Part shown: positions 8,503 to 19,500 of the stretch, piece by piece
Numbering within the stretch: the stretch's first letter is position 1
Layout: the number at the start of each line of letters is the position of its first letter
DNA from: an uncultured Verrucomicrobiota bacterium
GTDB lineage: Bacteria > Verrucomicrobiota > Kiritimatiellia > CAJWTS01
Reading direction: 5' to 3'
Length of the DNA stretch: 64,000 nt
Assembly (NCBI GenBank): GCA_913047795.1
Contig: CAJWTS010000001.1
Coordinates: 22,866-86,865, forward strand
Made by a program: the position numbers and the translations under genes
The notes under the pieces: generated by a model
Told to the model about the DNA's origin: nothing
The model's input: only the letters and a program-made list of their open reading frames with translations
The model's database searches: none

Positions 8503-10170
8503 TTATTTTAGTTGAAAAGCGGGGTCGAGCAGAATGGAAGCAACCATATCCGTGCCCATCATCATGTCTTCGATACCGTGGACCGGCGCGATTGGTAGCA
8601 ACGTCTTCACCAAGCGTTTGCGGCCCTTGCCGTCGAGGCCCTTCTCCTTGATCCAGGTGTCCATGTCCATTGGTTTGAGCGATTTGAACTCCATCGCGAC
8701 CTGATCCTCGGGCTTCATCTGGTTGTCGAGGGCCTTGTCCACGGCGATGTCCATATCGCCGCTGGACGAATCCATCGAGATCTCCATGTCGTCGCCACCG
8801 ACCTCCATCATGTCTTCGAGCATGGACTTCTGGCCCTTGAGCAAATGCTCAATTTCGCGGCGCTCGCGGTCGGCACGCAGGCGCGCCAGGCGCCGTTGTT
8901 TCTGCCTGTTCTCGAAATTCTTTACGAATGCCTCGTCCGGCCGGGCCAGTACCAGGCGCGAAAGCTGGTGACGAGTAATCAGGGTATTGGCGTCGATCCA
9001 GTAGGCACCGCTTTTCCAGCCCGAGACATCCGGCGGTTGAAACAGGTTCTGCCCGAGCATGGTGCCGTACGCGCTGATCTGCTGCGACTGTGCCGGATGC
9101 GTTTCGAACATGCGGCAGGCACCGACGACCAGGTCGACCGGCGACTTGATCATGTTTCCGCGGTTCGCGCCGGCGCGAAAGTGATCGGACATCAAGATCG
9201 CGCGTGCCAACACCATCATGTCGTACTTGCTGTCGCGGAACTTCTTGGCAATGCTCTTGATCGCTTTCTCATCCATGTCCTCGGAGATGAAGTATTTCCA
9301 CATCTTCTCCGTCACGAATTCGGCCGTGCGCGGCAGCGCGAGGATGATCTGAACGATGTCGTCTCCGTCAAAATCGCCCGTCTTGCCGATAAACTTCTTC
9401 TCGCCAAAGTCGTGCAAGTTCTTTTCGAACTGGAACTTCTTGTTGAGGTTATTCACGCGCCAGCCGGTAAACGCGCGCGCGGCTTCCCGAACATCCTCTT
9501 CCGTGTAGACATGACCCTCGCCGAGCGTGAACAACTCCATCAGCTCGCGGGCGAAGTTCTCGTTCGGGTTGCCTTTTACGTTCGAGTTGTTGTCCAGGTA
9601 GATGATCATGGCGGCATCTTTTGTCGCCGCCATCACCAGGTCCGCAAAGTTTCCGAGCGCGTTGCTCCGAAACAGCTGGTTCTGTTGAAACATCAACTCC
9701 GCGGAATTGACAACGCTGATCTCCGACGTGAAATGGTTGTGCCAGAACAGCACCATGCGTTCGGTCATGGGCGACCGCGTGCGGATCATTTCGTTCCACC
9801 ACCAGGTTCGCATCTCCGTGATCCGGTTGCGGCGTTGCGCTTCCTGCCGGCGTCGAATGGCTGCGCGTTCGAGTTGCACGTCGGCACCGCGCATGCCTGC
9901 CAGGGCGCGCAGGCGCAGGGTAGAGAGACCGCCGACGGGTTCGTCGGCCCAGTAAGGTTTATCGGTCGTCGGCGCGTTTGTTACCGTGCTGAGAATGCTG
10001 TCAACCGCTTCTGTCCACGACAGTGCCGTCAGCTTTTCGATATCTTCGGGGGTTGCGCCGAAACCGGTGCGGTTTAAAAGGTGCCGCGCATCATCGAAGC
10101 TGATGGCGGAGGCAGACAGGGCGATGAAACAGACGACGGTGGAACAGAGAATGTACCAGCGCTTATACAT
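8503..10170 (-). CDS. DUF1800 family protein
   Basis: ARHLLNRTGFGATPEDIEKL and LFWHNHFTS motifs are typical of DUF1800. A signal peptide begins at MYKRWYILCSTVVCFIALSASA, so the start is placed at 10170, not at the ORF-track start at 10266. Confidence 0.8.
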   Translation of the reverse strand: MYKRWYILCSTVVCFIALSASAISFDDARHLLNRTGFGATPEDIEKLTALSWTEAVDSILSTVTNAPTTDKPYWADEPVGGLSTLRLRALAGMRGADVQLERAAIRRRQEAQRRNRITEMRTWWWNEMIRTRSPMTERMVLFWHNHFTSEISVVNSAELMFQQNQLFRSNALGNFADLVMAATKDAAMIIYLDNNSNVKGNPNENFARELMELFTLGEGHVYTEEDVREAARAFTGWRVNNLNKKFQFEKNLHDFGEKKFIGKTGDFDGDDIVQIILALPRTAEFVTEKMWKYFISEDMDEKAIKSIAKKFRDSKYDMMVLARAILMSDHFRAGANRGNMIKSPVDLVVGACRMFETHPAQSQQISAYGTMLGQNLFQPPDVSGWKSGAYWIDANTLITRHQLSRLVLARPDEAFVKNFENRQKQRRLARLRADRERREIEHLLKGQKSMLEDMMEVGGDDMEISMDSSSGDMDIAVDKALDNQMKPEDQVAMEFKSLKPMDMDTWIKEKGLDGKGRKRLVKTLLPIAPVHGIEDMMMGTDMVASILLDPAFQLK

Positions 10171-10348
10171 CAGACACTCCTTGGTTTTGACACTCCCCAG
10201 TGCAAAGCTTGTGCAACGACTAGCCGCTGCATTCATTATGGAAAAGCATCCGCGGCTGATTGTCAAGAAATATCAAGAAAACACAGCCGCGCGCAGAATG
10301 CTTGAGCGACCGCGGTCCGCCCCTGTAAGATCAAAAGATGCCATATCG

Positions 10349-12430
10349 ATGCTGAATCAACCCCATAGGCCCCCTAGTCCGATCCTTTTGATCGCCCGGT
10401 GGCCGGCTCTCGGGCTGGCCGGCCTGCTGCTTCTGGCTGTGGGCTGCGGACGCAAAGAGTCCCCGCGCGTGCCGCTGAACGTGCTTTTGATCAGCATCGA
10501 CACCTGCCGGGCGGATTACCTGGGTTGTTACGGAGCGGCCGTCAAAACGCCGGCAATCGACGCCCTGGCCGCCGACGGGGTTCTGTTCGAGACCGCGATT
10601 GCCCCCGTCCCGATCACCCTGCCGTCGCACGCAACGATGCTGACCGGTACGATTCCGCCCTTTCACGGCGTGCATGACAACAATGATCATCGCCTTGGTA
10701 AAGGCGCCACGACGCTGGCCGGACTCTTGAAGCCACGCGGCTACCGCACCGGCGCCATCGTTAGCGCCTTCGTGCTCGACCGACAGTTCGGACTGGACCA
10801 GGGGTTTGACACCTATGTGGATCGTTTCGGCGCGACGCGCGATGCGCCAACGGCGGAGCGCGTCGGCACCGAGACGAGCCGGCTCGCCCGGGACTGGCTC
10901 GACGGCAATTCCGGTCGCCCGTTCTTCCTGTTCGTCCACTTCTTCGATCCTCATTTTCCCTATGCCGCGCCGGCGCCGTTCGCGGAACGGCATACGGGGC
11001 GCCATGCGGCCTACGGCGGCGAGGTTTCGTATGCGGATCATTGCGTGGGCCAGGTGATCGAGCATCTTCGCGAGCGCGGACTCTATGATTCAACACTGAT
11101 CATCGTCACCTCTGACCACGGCGAGATGCTGGGCGAGCATGGCGAAGATTCGCACGGCTACCTTCTCTACCAGGGCGCGCTGCGCGTCCCGTTGGTTGTG
11201 CGATTGCCCCGCGGCGCGTCCGGCACGAGGGTCTCTGAACCCGTCGGCCTGGTCGATCTTGCCCCAACGGTCTGCGGCGTGCTCGACCTGCCTGTGCCGG
11301 AGGAAATGCACGGCTACCCACTCGTCGATTATCTGCGTGGCGGTCAGCCGAAGGAGTCCCTGCGCCTGTACTATTGCGAGAGCCTCTATGCGACGCGCTA
11401 CGGTGCGGCGCCACTGATCGGACTCGTCGCCGGGCGGTACAAGTACATCCATGCCCCGCGCCCGGAGTTGTATGACATTGCCGATGACCCGGCCGAGGCC
11501 CGCAATCTCTACGCCTGGCAGCGCGAGCAGGCCGCGGAGTATAAGAACGGTTTGCAGGGCATGCTGGATCGGTTCGCCCGCCCGGCCCCGATCGCGCAGT
11601 CCATCATGCTGAGCGAGCAGGATCGCGAACGGCTGGCAGCCATCGGCTATCTCGGCAGCGGGCAGGCCGCTGCCGACGGTGCCTTGCGGCTCGACCAGGA
11701 GGGTGATGACCCCAAGGACGTGTTGCCCTTCCATCGCATGAACGTGGAGGTGCCCCTTCTGATTGCTCAGGGCAAACACGCGCAGGCGCGACGCATCTGC
11801 GAGAACATGCTCGTCCGGCGCCCCGGCGTGTTCGACACCTTCATTCATCTTGCCGATATCGGCGCCGCTCTCGACGATCTGCCACGCATGGAGAACGCGC
11901 TGCGCATGGCACTTGCAATTAAACCCGATCATCCGCAGTCGCTGGTGCGCATCGGCATCGCCATATCGCGGCAAGAGCGCTTTGCCGAGGCGCGCGAACA
12001 TTTTTCGCGCGCGCTGCGGGTGCGGCCCGGCTACGTCTTTGCACTGGATAGTCTCGGCGTCTGCGTAGCCGAAGCGTCCCGCGCCGCGAAAGATCCCGCC
12101 CTGCGGCACAAGGGCCTGCGCGAAGCGGCAGGGCATTTCGAGGACGCGTTGGCCGCAGACCCCGATTATGCACCGTCCATGCGCAACCTGGGGGCAGCCT
12201 ACATGGACCTCGGCCGCAGCGATGATGCCATCCTTCAGTTCCGAAACGCGCTGCGACTCGTGCCGCGTGACGCTGACCTGCATACCCATCTCGCCCTGGC
12301 GCTGGAGGAAACGGGTGCGCGCAGTCAGGCTATGGCCCATCTGCGCAAGGCGCTTGAGATTCGCCCCATGTTCACCGCCGCGCGGCAGCACCTGATCAAG
12401 CTGGAGCAGAAAGGGGGCTCGGGCGAGTGA
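10349..12430 (+). CDS. Lipoprotein sulfatase (alkaline-phosphatase superfamily) with a C-terminal TPR domain
   Basis: Lipobox LLLAVGC after the start at 10349. Sulfatase core includes SIDTCRADYLGCYG (formylglycine C-x-x-R site), FLFVHFFDPHFPY and IIVTSDHGEMLGEHG. The C-terminal 250 aa are TPR-like (ALRMALAIKPDHPQSL..., NLGAAYMDLGRSDDAILQF). The ORF-track start at 9986 would overlap the DUF1800 gene on the opposite strand. Confidence 0.8.
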   Translation: MLNQPHRPPSPILLIARWPALGLAGLLLLAVGCGRKESPRVPLNVLLISIDTCRADYLGCYGAAVKTPAIDALAADGVLFETAIAPVPITLPSHATMLTGTIPPFHGVHDNNDHRLGKGATTLAGLLKPRGYRTGAIVSAFVLDRQFGLDQGFDTYVDRFGATRDAPTAERVGTETSRLARDWLDGNSGRPFFLFVHFFDPHFPYAAPAPFAERHTGRHAAYGGEVSYADHCVGQVIEHLRERGLYDSTLIIVTSDHGEMLGEHGEDSHGYLLYQGALRVPLVVRLPRGASGTRVSEPVGLVDLAPTVCGVLDLPVPEEMHGYPLVDYLRGGQPKESLRLYYCESLYATRYGAAPLIGLVAGRYKYIHAPRPELYDIADDPAEARNLYAWQREQAAEYKNGLQGMLDRFARPAPIAQSIMLSEQDRERLAAIGYLGSGQAAADGALRLDQEGDDPKDVLPFHRMNVEVPLLIAQGKHAQARRICENMLVRRPGVFDTFIHLADIGAALDDLPRMENALRMALAIKPDHPQSLVRIGIAISRQERFAEAREHFSRALRVRPGYVFALDSLGVCVAEASRAAKDPALRHKGLREAAGHFEDALAADPDYAPSMRNLGAAYMDLGRSDDAILQFRNALRLVPRDADLHTHLALALEETGARSQAMAHLRKALEIRPMFTAARQHLIKLEQKGGSGE

Positions 12431-12561
12431 TGACCGATCGCGTACGCATCGTCGATCCTGCTTACGGAGGAAGATGGGCACCGTTACACGGAGGCCGCCA
12501 TCCGGGCGCAAATGAGCAGGGATAGTGCGGGGTAGGCGTCCCGCGCGTTCGGAACGCGAGC

Positions 12562-14799
12562 ATGACAACAAAGTCATCCTATCTGCGGTTGGTGGCCGGC
12601 CGGCCCTGCCTGGTCGCCGGCGATGCGATCCTGGCGCCGATATACTCGGAAACGTTCGCGGATGGCATGCATCGGCGCAATGCCTTGATGGCTGCCGCGG
12701 GCATCCATGTGTTTACACTTATCGTGCGCGGATTGCGCGAGGGCGATTATCATACGACGCCGTTCTGGACCGGTCTCGACGCCTATGGCGACGAAACGGG
12801 AAGGGATGACGGCCTGTCCCTCCACGACCAGGCGTCCGCGATTCTCGATGCGCAGCCGGATGCGCGCTTCGTCCTGCGCTGGTCCTCTAAGGTTCCCGCG
12901 GCCTGGGCTGAGGAACGGCCGGACGATCTGCAGGTAGCCGACGGGCCACCGCGCCGTGAATCGTCCTACGCCTCGCAGGCGGCCGCAGAGGGACGCGCCG
13001 CGATGGCGCGCCGGATCGTGGCCTACGTCGAGAAACAGGCCTGGGCGGACCGGGTGCTCGGGTACCTGCTCTATGCGCAGGATGAAGGCACCCTTCATCT
13101 GGTGAACGAAGAATCAATGTTCGACCGCTCGCCCGTGATGCGCGCTGCGTTCCGCGCGTTCCTGGCCGAGGCTTACGGCGACGACAATGGATTGCAGCGC
13201 GCCTGGGGCGATCCGGCGGTGGGACTCGCCGATGTGCAAGCACCAACGCAGACGGAGTGGGTGCGTGACCGATCGAAGGGGCAACACTGGCCGGACCCGG
13301 GCGCGACGCGGCGCTATCGTGACTATTTCCTGTGCGTGCGCAAACAGCTGCAGATGCAGCGGCGCATGGAACTGGCGGCGGTCCGTGACGCCGCGTCCCG
13401 ACCGGTCTTCGCGGCGACCGACGCGTTCAAGCAGGCGATGTTCGGGTGGCTGCTCAGAGACGCCTTCCAGGCCGCGGGCGACGGTATGCATTGGCGCAAC
13501 AATTTGCTGGGCTCCGGCTCGGTCGACGTCGGCTCCATGCTGGACATGCCGGAGTTGGACGCGCTGGTGACACCGGCGGATTACTCCGCGCGATCGATCG
13601 GGTTCGGCTGGGAGCCGGAGGGAATCGGGGACTCGATGGTGCTGCGCGGCAAGACGATATTCATTGAAGACGACGCGCGTAGCTGGGTTGCGCAAGACGC
13701 GGCGACACAGGGCGCATGGCGCGATCCGGGAGAGGCCCGCGCCGGCCTCTTGCGTAACGCGGCTGTTGCGGCCAGTCGCGGATTCATTCCGTTCTGGATG
13801 AACATCGGCAGCAAGCAGTACGAGGACCCCGCGCTGCGCGGGGTGATCGAAGAACTTGTGCCGGTCCAGCAGCGACTCTTTGGGCGTCCGCACGGGCATA
13901 CTGAACACGCGATCGCGATGATCATCGACGATACGAGCCCGCTCGAGGAGGACTTCACCAGCGGGTACCAGAACCTCGCGGTTCTGCGGCAGCGCGTGGA
14001 TCACCTGGCGCTGACGGGGCTGCCGTATCGTGTCTACCTGTTAACGGATCTTGAACGCGATGATTTCCCTGTCTTTCGCGCGTACCTCTTGCCGAACCTG
14101 TTTCGCCTCGACCCCGAACGCCTCGAGCTTATCCGCGCCCGCCTGATGCGCAATGGTTCGGTCGTGATTTTCGGACCGGCGACCGGCGTCAGCGACGGGC
14201 ATCACCTGAGCGCCGAACCCGCCCAGGCGTTATTCGGGATGCCGATGGAGCTTGTCGAGCGCGAGGTTGCGCGGCGCGTAATGGTTCGGCCCGCGCCGGA
14301 GCTGCCGGGTCTGGCTGCTGCGATGACCTACGGGGACAGCCATGTATACGGACCCATCTTGCAGCCGGTCGTGAACGCGTTGCCTGATTCGGTCATCGAG
14401 TTGGGCCGCTGCTCAAGCTGGTACGGCTACAACGGGCCCGGCCTGTGCCTGCGTTCGTGTGGCCATGGCGCGTCGGGGAACGGCCTGGCGGGTGTCCGCG
14501 CAGCCGGTGATTGCGCGCTCGTCTTCTCCATGGCCGTACCTCTTCCGGCCGCGGTATTGCGCGCGCTCGCGATTCTCGGGGGCTGTAATCCCTGGTCGGC
14601 ACTGGGTGATGTGGTCGCCGCCGATGCGCACATGGTCGCGGTGCATAGTGCAGCCGGTGGGCAGCGGCAGATCAGGCTTCCCGAGGCGATGCGCGTCGTG
14701 GACGCGGTCAGCGGTGTCGAGCTTGATTCGGCCTGTCGAACCGTCGACATAGCGCTCGAAAGTCCTGATACGCGGATCCTGTTGACGGATCATCCATAG
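12562..14799 (+). CDS. Large hypothetical protein (745 aa); possibly glycoside-hydrolase-like, function unknown
   Basis: Long ORF with balanced protein-like composition; the antisense ORFs inside it are Arg/Pro-rich shadows. No motif I can assign with confidence. Confidence 0.5.
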   Translation: MTTKSSYLRLVAGRPCLVAGDAILAPIYSETFADGMHRRNALMAAAGIHVFTLIVRGLREGDYHTTPFWTGLDAYGDETGRDDGLSLHDQASAILDAQPDARFVLRWSSKVPAAWAEERPDDLQVADGPPRRESSYASQAAAEGRAAMARRIVAYVEKQAWADRVLGYLLYAQDEGTLHLVNEESMFDRSPVMRAAFRAFLAEAYGDDNGLQRAWGDPAVGLADVQAPTQTEWVRDRSKGQHWPDPGATRRYRDYFLCVRKQLQMQRRMELAAVRDAASRPVFAATDAFKQAMFGWLLRDAFQAAGDGMHWRNNLLGSGSVDVGSMLDMPELDALVTPADYSARSIGFGWEPEGIGDSMVLRGKTIFIEDDARSWVAQDAATQGAWRDPGEARAGLLRNAAVAASRGFIPFWMNIGSKQYEDPALRGVIEELVPVQQRLFGRPHGHTEHAIAMIIDDTSPLEEDFTSGYQNLAVLRQRVDHLALTGLPYRVYLLTDLERDDFPVFRAYLLPNLFRLDPERLELIRARLMRNGSVVIFGPATGVSDGHHLSAEPAQALFGMPMELVEREVARRVMVRPAPELPGLAAAMTYGDSHVYGPILQPVVNALPDSVIELGRCSSWYGYNGPGLCLRSCGHGASGNGLAGVRAAGDCALVFSMAVPLPAAVLRALAILGGCNPWSALGDVVAADAHMVAVHSAAGGQRQIRLPEAMRVVDAVSGVELDSACRTVDIALESPDTRILLTDHP

Positions 14800-14832
14800 A
14801 CAGGCCTCGCGGCCGGTTGTATCATTTAAGCA

Positions 14833-16047
14833 ATGGAACTCTACCGCGTTCGACAGCATCTGGTATCGAACCCCATCGCCGACGTCACGGCGGAGGTGCG
14901 CGCCCGGCTTGACGCAGCCGAGCTCGACGTGCCGCGCGGCGAAATTGCCATCACGGCCGGCAGCCGCGGCATCGCCAATATCGCGGCGATAACGCGTGCC
15001 GTCGGCGACTGGCTGAAGGACCGCGGTGCAAAACCCTTCATCGTTCCCGCCATGGGTTCCCACAACGGGGCCACGGCGGAAGGTCAGCAGAACATGATCG
15101 AGTCCTTTGGCATCACCGAAGACGCGATGCAGATGCCGATTCGCGCGAGCATGGAGGTCGTCGAACTCGGTCGCGTGGCAACGGGACCGGTATTCATGGA
15201 TAAGTTCTGCCATGAATCGGCGGGTGTGATGGCGATCAATCGTATCAAGCTCCACACCTGTTTTGCAGGCGCGATCCAGAGCGGGCTGACGAAGATGACC
15301 GTGATCGGCATGGGTAAGATTCAATCCGCCGAGACGTTTCATTCGACACCGACGCCGGTCATGAAAGAGATGTTGACCCAGATGGGACAGGTGATCGTTG
15401 ACTCCGGAAAAGTGATCGGAGGGGTTGCCATCCTGGAGGACGGCTTCGACCAGACAGCGGAGATCCATGCCCTGCGCGGCGCGGAGATCCTACGGCGCGA
15501 GCCGGACCTCGTGGAGCGGCACAAGGCCTACTTTCCCCGCCTGCCCGTCGATGAATTGCGCGTGTTGGTTGTGGAGGAGATGGGCAAAAATTTCAGCGGG
15601 ACGGGCATGGACCCGAATGTCATCGGCTACCGGGGTGTAAAGGACTACGACGGCACCGAAGATCCCAGCATCCAAATCATTGCCGCGCTGCGCCTGCATG
15701 CCAAATCGCAGGGCAACGCGATCGGTGTCGGGCTTGCCGATTTTATCACGCGTGAGCTGCGCGATGCGATCGACGAGCAGAAGACGTTTATCAACGTCTT
15801 CACCACGGGCGAAATGATTCGGATGAAGATTCCCGCGACGCTGCCTTCGGATGAGGATGTCGTAAACACGATTCGCGGTCGCTACGGAGACGAGGGCTGG
15901 ATGTTCATTCCGAACACCTTGCACCTCGAAGAACTTTATATCTCGTCGGACCTGCGCGACGAGGTGGGGGCGCGAAATTGTGACGTCGATGGCGAGCCGA
16001 CAGAACTCACGTTCAGCGGCGGACGGCAGCAGCTCGCGTTTGCCTAG
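14833..16047 (+). CDS. Hypothetical protein, possibly LarA/DUF2088-like (uncertain)
   Basis: 404 aa with diverse composition. An antisense 351-aa ORF over it was rejected. A weak resemblance to lactate-racemase-like N-terminal domains is a guess only. Confidence 0.4.
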   Translation: MELYRVRQHLVSNPIADVTAEVRARLDAAELDVPRGEIAITAGSRGIANIAAITRAVGDWLKDRGAKPFIVPAMGSHNGATAEGQQNMIESFGITEDAMQMPIRASMEVVELGRVATGPVFMDKFCHESAGVMAINRIKLHTCFAGAIQSGLTKMTVIGMGKIQSAETFHSTPTPVMKEMLTQMGQVIVDSGKVIGGVAILEDGFDQTAEIHALRGAEILRREPDLVERHKAYFPRLPVDELRVLVVEEMGKNFSGTGMDPNVIGYRGVKDYDGTEDPSIQIIAALRLHAKSQGNAIGVGLADFITRELRDAIDEQKTFINVFTTGEMIRMKIPATLPSDEDVVNTIRGRYGDEGWMFIPNTLHLEELYISSDLRDEVGARNCDVDGEPTELTFSGGRQQLAFA

Positions 16048-16427
16048 AACGGCATCTCGTCGATATCGCCGGGAGGCGGCTCAAGGTTTTCCAGTGGCGG
16101 GCCGCTGCCGGGCGAATCTGACGGGCCGTTGCCGGGCGAATCGCCGGGCGCGCCCGCGTCTTCCGGCACAACCTTCCATGCGGTTAGGTTCACGTAGTAG
16201 CGGCCGTTATACTCGTTGCCGCGCAGATCGAAACTGACGGCGACGCGGTGGCCGGGCTGTACCTGGTCAAGGAGCGATACCTTGTCCTTTACACACTCAA
16301 GCTTGATTTCCTGGGGGTAGCGTTCCCCTTCGGTTGTCACCACGAATTCGCGCTTCGTGAAGCCGCTTTCAAAGGTCTGCGGGTCCATAACGAGCTTAAC
16401 GGTTCCGGTCATATCGAAGCTGGGCAT
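16044..16427 (-). CDS. DUF3127 family protein
   Basis: MPSFDMTGTVKLVMDPQTFESGFTKREFVVTTEGERYPQEIKLECVKDK matches the conserved DUF3127 N-terminal block. C-terminal Gly/Pro/Ser-rich low-complexity tail. Confidence 0.7.
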   Translation of the reverse strand: MPSFDMTGTVKLVMDPQTFESGFTKREFVVTTEGERYPQEIKLECVKDKVSLLDQVQPGHRVAVSFDLRGNEYNGRYYVNLTAWKVVPEDAGAPGDSPGNGPSDSPGSGPPLENLEPPPGDIDEMPF

Positions 16428-16507
16428 TGGGGTCCTCCGCAGGGTTCAAAAGATGGTGCTGACTATAGCCCGGAGCGGCCGGAGTGTCGAACATTCAATT
16501 TGGCCGG

Positions 16508-19500
16508 TCAGGGCGCGAGTTCAACCCCGATCCGGTACATACGTAGCGCGGGCGCATTGCTGTCGATGAAGAAATCGTTGGAGCCGCTGCCCGGGATGTC
16601 GGTGTAGACGGGGTGGTTGGAGAACGGAATCGCGATGAGGTCATCGCTGAATTCGAGCGTATAGAATCGCCCGGTTGACGAATCGAATTGGATGGTGGCC
16701 GGGCTGTTGATCGTCAGGTCCTCGATGTTGAAGAAGCTGTTTGAACGCTGGGGATCCGTGTCCGCGATATACTCCTGCAGGTCGGTAAAGTCGTCGCCAT
16801 CCGCGTTTCCGTTCGCATTCGCAACCTTGGGGTCGAGATTATTGGCGATTTCCCAATCGTCCGGCATGCCGTCGTCGTCGTCGTCCGGGTCGTCGAAGTC
16901 GGGCCAGCCGTCGCCGTCGGTGTCCGGGATCGTGGTTGTTTCAGCGGTAAGGTTGTTAAGCAGATTCGTGTCGCTCTCCGCAGCGGTTACCGAGGCGAAG
17001 TTGGTTACGGTACCCACCGTTGAGGTCGCGACGTTGACGGCGACAACGACGGTGGTGATCGCCCCGGGGGCAAGCGGACCGAGCGGGCAGGTCACGACGC
17101 CCACGGATTCGGTGCAGCCGACGCTGCTGCCGGTGAACGAGAACGTCACGCCTGCGGGTAGCGAGTCGGTAACCACCAGTCCCGTTGCGATAGACGGGCC
17201 GATATTCGAGACCGTAATCGTGTAGGTGATGGCGTTGCCGTTGGTCAGTGGATCCTGCGAATCGCTCTTCTCGACGGCTAGGTCGACGAATGGAGCCGTG
17301 TCCGTGCAGCACGAAACTGCATCCTGTGCGACGCAGATCGAAACGTCGCGCGCGTCGCCACTGTCGTTGGGGTAGACATCGGCGATGTTGACGGTCCACG
17401 TGCCGTTCGGATCCTCCCCGTCGAAGGCGGACAACGCCTGGTCAGGGGTGAACGTGCCGCTGAACGGGCCCGTGTCGCCGATGGACTGGATGGAAGCGCC
17501 CCCGCCGTCGTCGTCCAGTGTTGCCTGGCAGAAATCCTCGCCACTCGAACCGGAGGTCCCGCTGCCGGGGCGATCCAACAACGTGACGGTCGTACTCTGG
17601 GGAGACGTCAGCGTAATAATGAGATCGCCGACCCAGGTATGATTGATGCCATTGTCCGTGCCCGTGCATGTTTCGCCGCCGATCTTGAAATCAAGATCGG
17701 TAATCGTGCCGCTCAGGTTGCTCACGACGATGCTGAGGTCCACGCCACTGACATTGTTGTCCGGGATCGCGACCGGAGGGCCGCTGTAGCTGAATTCCTG
17801 GGTCCCGCCCAGGGACCCGCCCAGCACAATGGGGAAATCGATGATTCCGAGATCCAGCGCGCCGTCTTGCAGCGAAAGCCGGGCAGTTACGACACTGCCG
17901 CAGGTGCCGGTGGGCGTAAACGTAAAGGTTTGTGCGACCTCGACCCCGGATGTGTCGACGATGCCGTAGGTCTGCGGGGCGCCTGGCAACGTGATGCCAC
18001 CGTACGTCAGCAGCGTGGCGACCAGGCCGGTGGTCGGCCGGGTCCCGGTATTACGCAACGAAAATGCTATCGCGACGGCTTCGTCCGGATCAGCCGCATT
18101 GTTCGTTGGTGTGCAGGTTTCCGCGACGAGTGTTGACGTGACAGCCTCGAGGATCGATGTGAAGGCCAGGACGTCCAGTGTCACCGATCGGCCCTGGCCG
18201 ACTTGCGATGTCAGGTTGCTGAAGTTCACCGTGTCGTTATGCGTGTCGACGCCGAGCCCATTGGCGATGTCATTGATACAGACGTTAACCGTTGTCGTGG
18301 CGCCGGCTGCCAGCGGTCCGCCGCCCGGCACAACGTCTACCCATGCCTGGCTGTTGCGTGCCGTCCAGGTGATCCCGCCGCCGCCGCTGTTGATTACGCG
18401 GTAGGGTAGACAGGTGGGGGCGAAAGGGCCGCCTTCGATGCCTGCGGACGACAATCCGGTGGTCGGTTCGATCAGCATCTCGTCGGTCAGCTCGATGGTG
18501 AAGTCCGCATCCGAGACATCGAAGAAGATGTTACCCGCGCCCTGGACTTTGACACGCGCCGTCCCCGCGTCGATATTGGGCAGGGTCACCGAATGCGTAC
18601 CGTCATTCGGCGTATTGGATGCGAGCACGATGTCGAAAGAGGCGCCACCGTTTGTTGACAGCAGTATGTTCACGTTAGCGGCGTTCACGGACCCGCCGGT
18701 TGTTCCGGCGACGTCCCAGGTCACGGTCTGGGAACCCGATAAGGTGACCGCCGTATTGGGCGCCGTCACGAGGAAGGGCCCCGTCACCGCGTCGACGGTC
18801 ACGACCATTTCGTCCATGTCGTAAGCGCCGCCGCCAGCGACATTGTCGCGTACCGTAACGCGGAAGTTCAACGTGCGGCTCAGCGTGGGCAAGCGTTCGC
18901 CGGTCGGCGTCGTGTTGTTGAGCAGGTCCTGCAGGCGCGGAAACGTACGCACCGGGTTTGTGGTCGGTGTCCACGAGCGAAACAGGGGGCTGGTCGTGTT
19001 TTGCGCGCCGGTCAGGGCCTGTTGCGGGCCCAAATCCATTTCTTCCCATGCGAAGGTCAGGACATCGGGGTCGGGATCGGCACCGGACGCGGTGAGTTCG
19101 AACGGGGTGCCCTGCGGAATCGTGAAATCGGCGCCGGCATCCGCGGTGGGAACGTTGTTGCCGGTAGCTGTGTTGGACGAGCAGGTGCCGCCTCCGAAGG
19201 TGACATAGGTGCTGATCTCATCGAGGCTGATAAAGTGGAAATAGGGATCCGAGTTGGACTGCAGATTGTCGGCACCGCAGATGCCGGCGTAAGCCAGGAT
19301 CGTGGATCCGCTGCCGGGTTCGTAGGCTGTCGGCGACGATCGCCCGCTGCAGCCGGCGCCGTTGAAACAATGGTTGGCATTGAACTGATGGCCTATCTCG
19401 TGTGCCACGTAGTCCACATAGAAAGGATCTCCAATGGGAGCCGCCTGTCCGGTTGCACCCTGCGCCTTGCTGGCCGCGTTGCAGACAAGCCCGGGCGCGT

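Noticed and set aside
9986-10348. N-terminal 121-aa extension of the sulfatase ORF
   Set aside because: It would overlap the DUF1800 gene on the other strand and lacks a signal peptide. The internal ATG at 10349 gives a proper lipoprotein signal (LAVGC).
11090-12577. 495-aa antisense ORF inside the sulfatase-TPR gene
   Set aside because: GC shadow ORF; the sense strand carries unmistakable sulfatase motifs.
13114-15468. Antisense ORFs 13114-14004(-) and 14413-15468(-)
   Set aside because: Arg/His/Asp-rich composition with no motifs. The sense ORFs are longer and protein-like.
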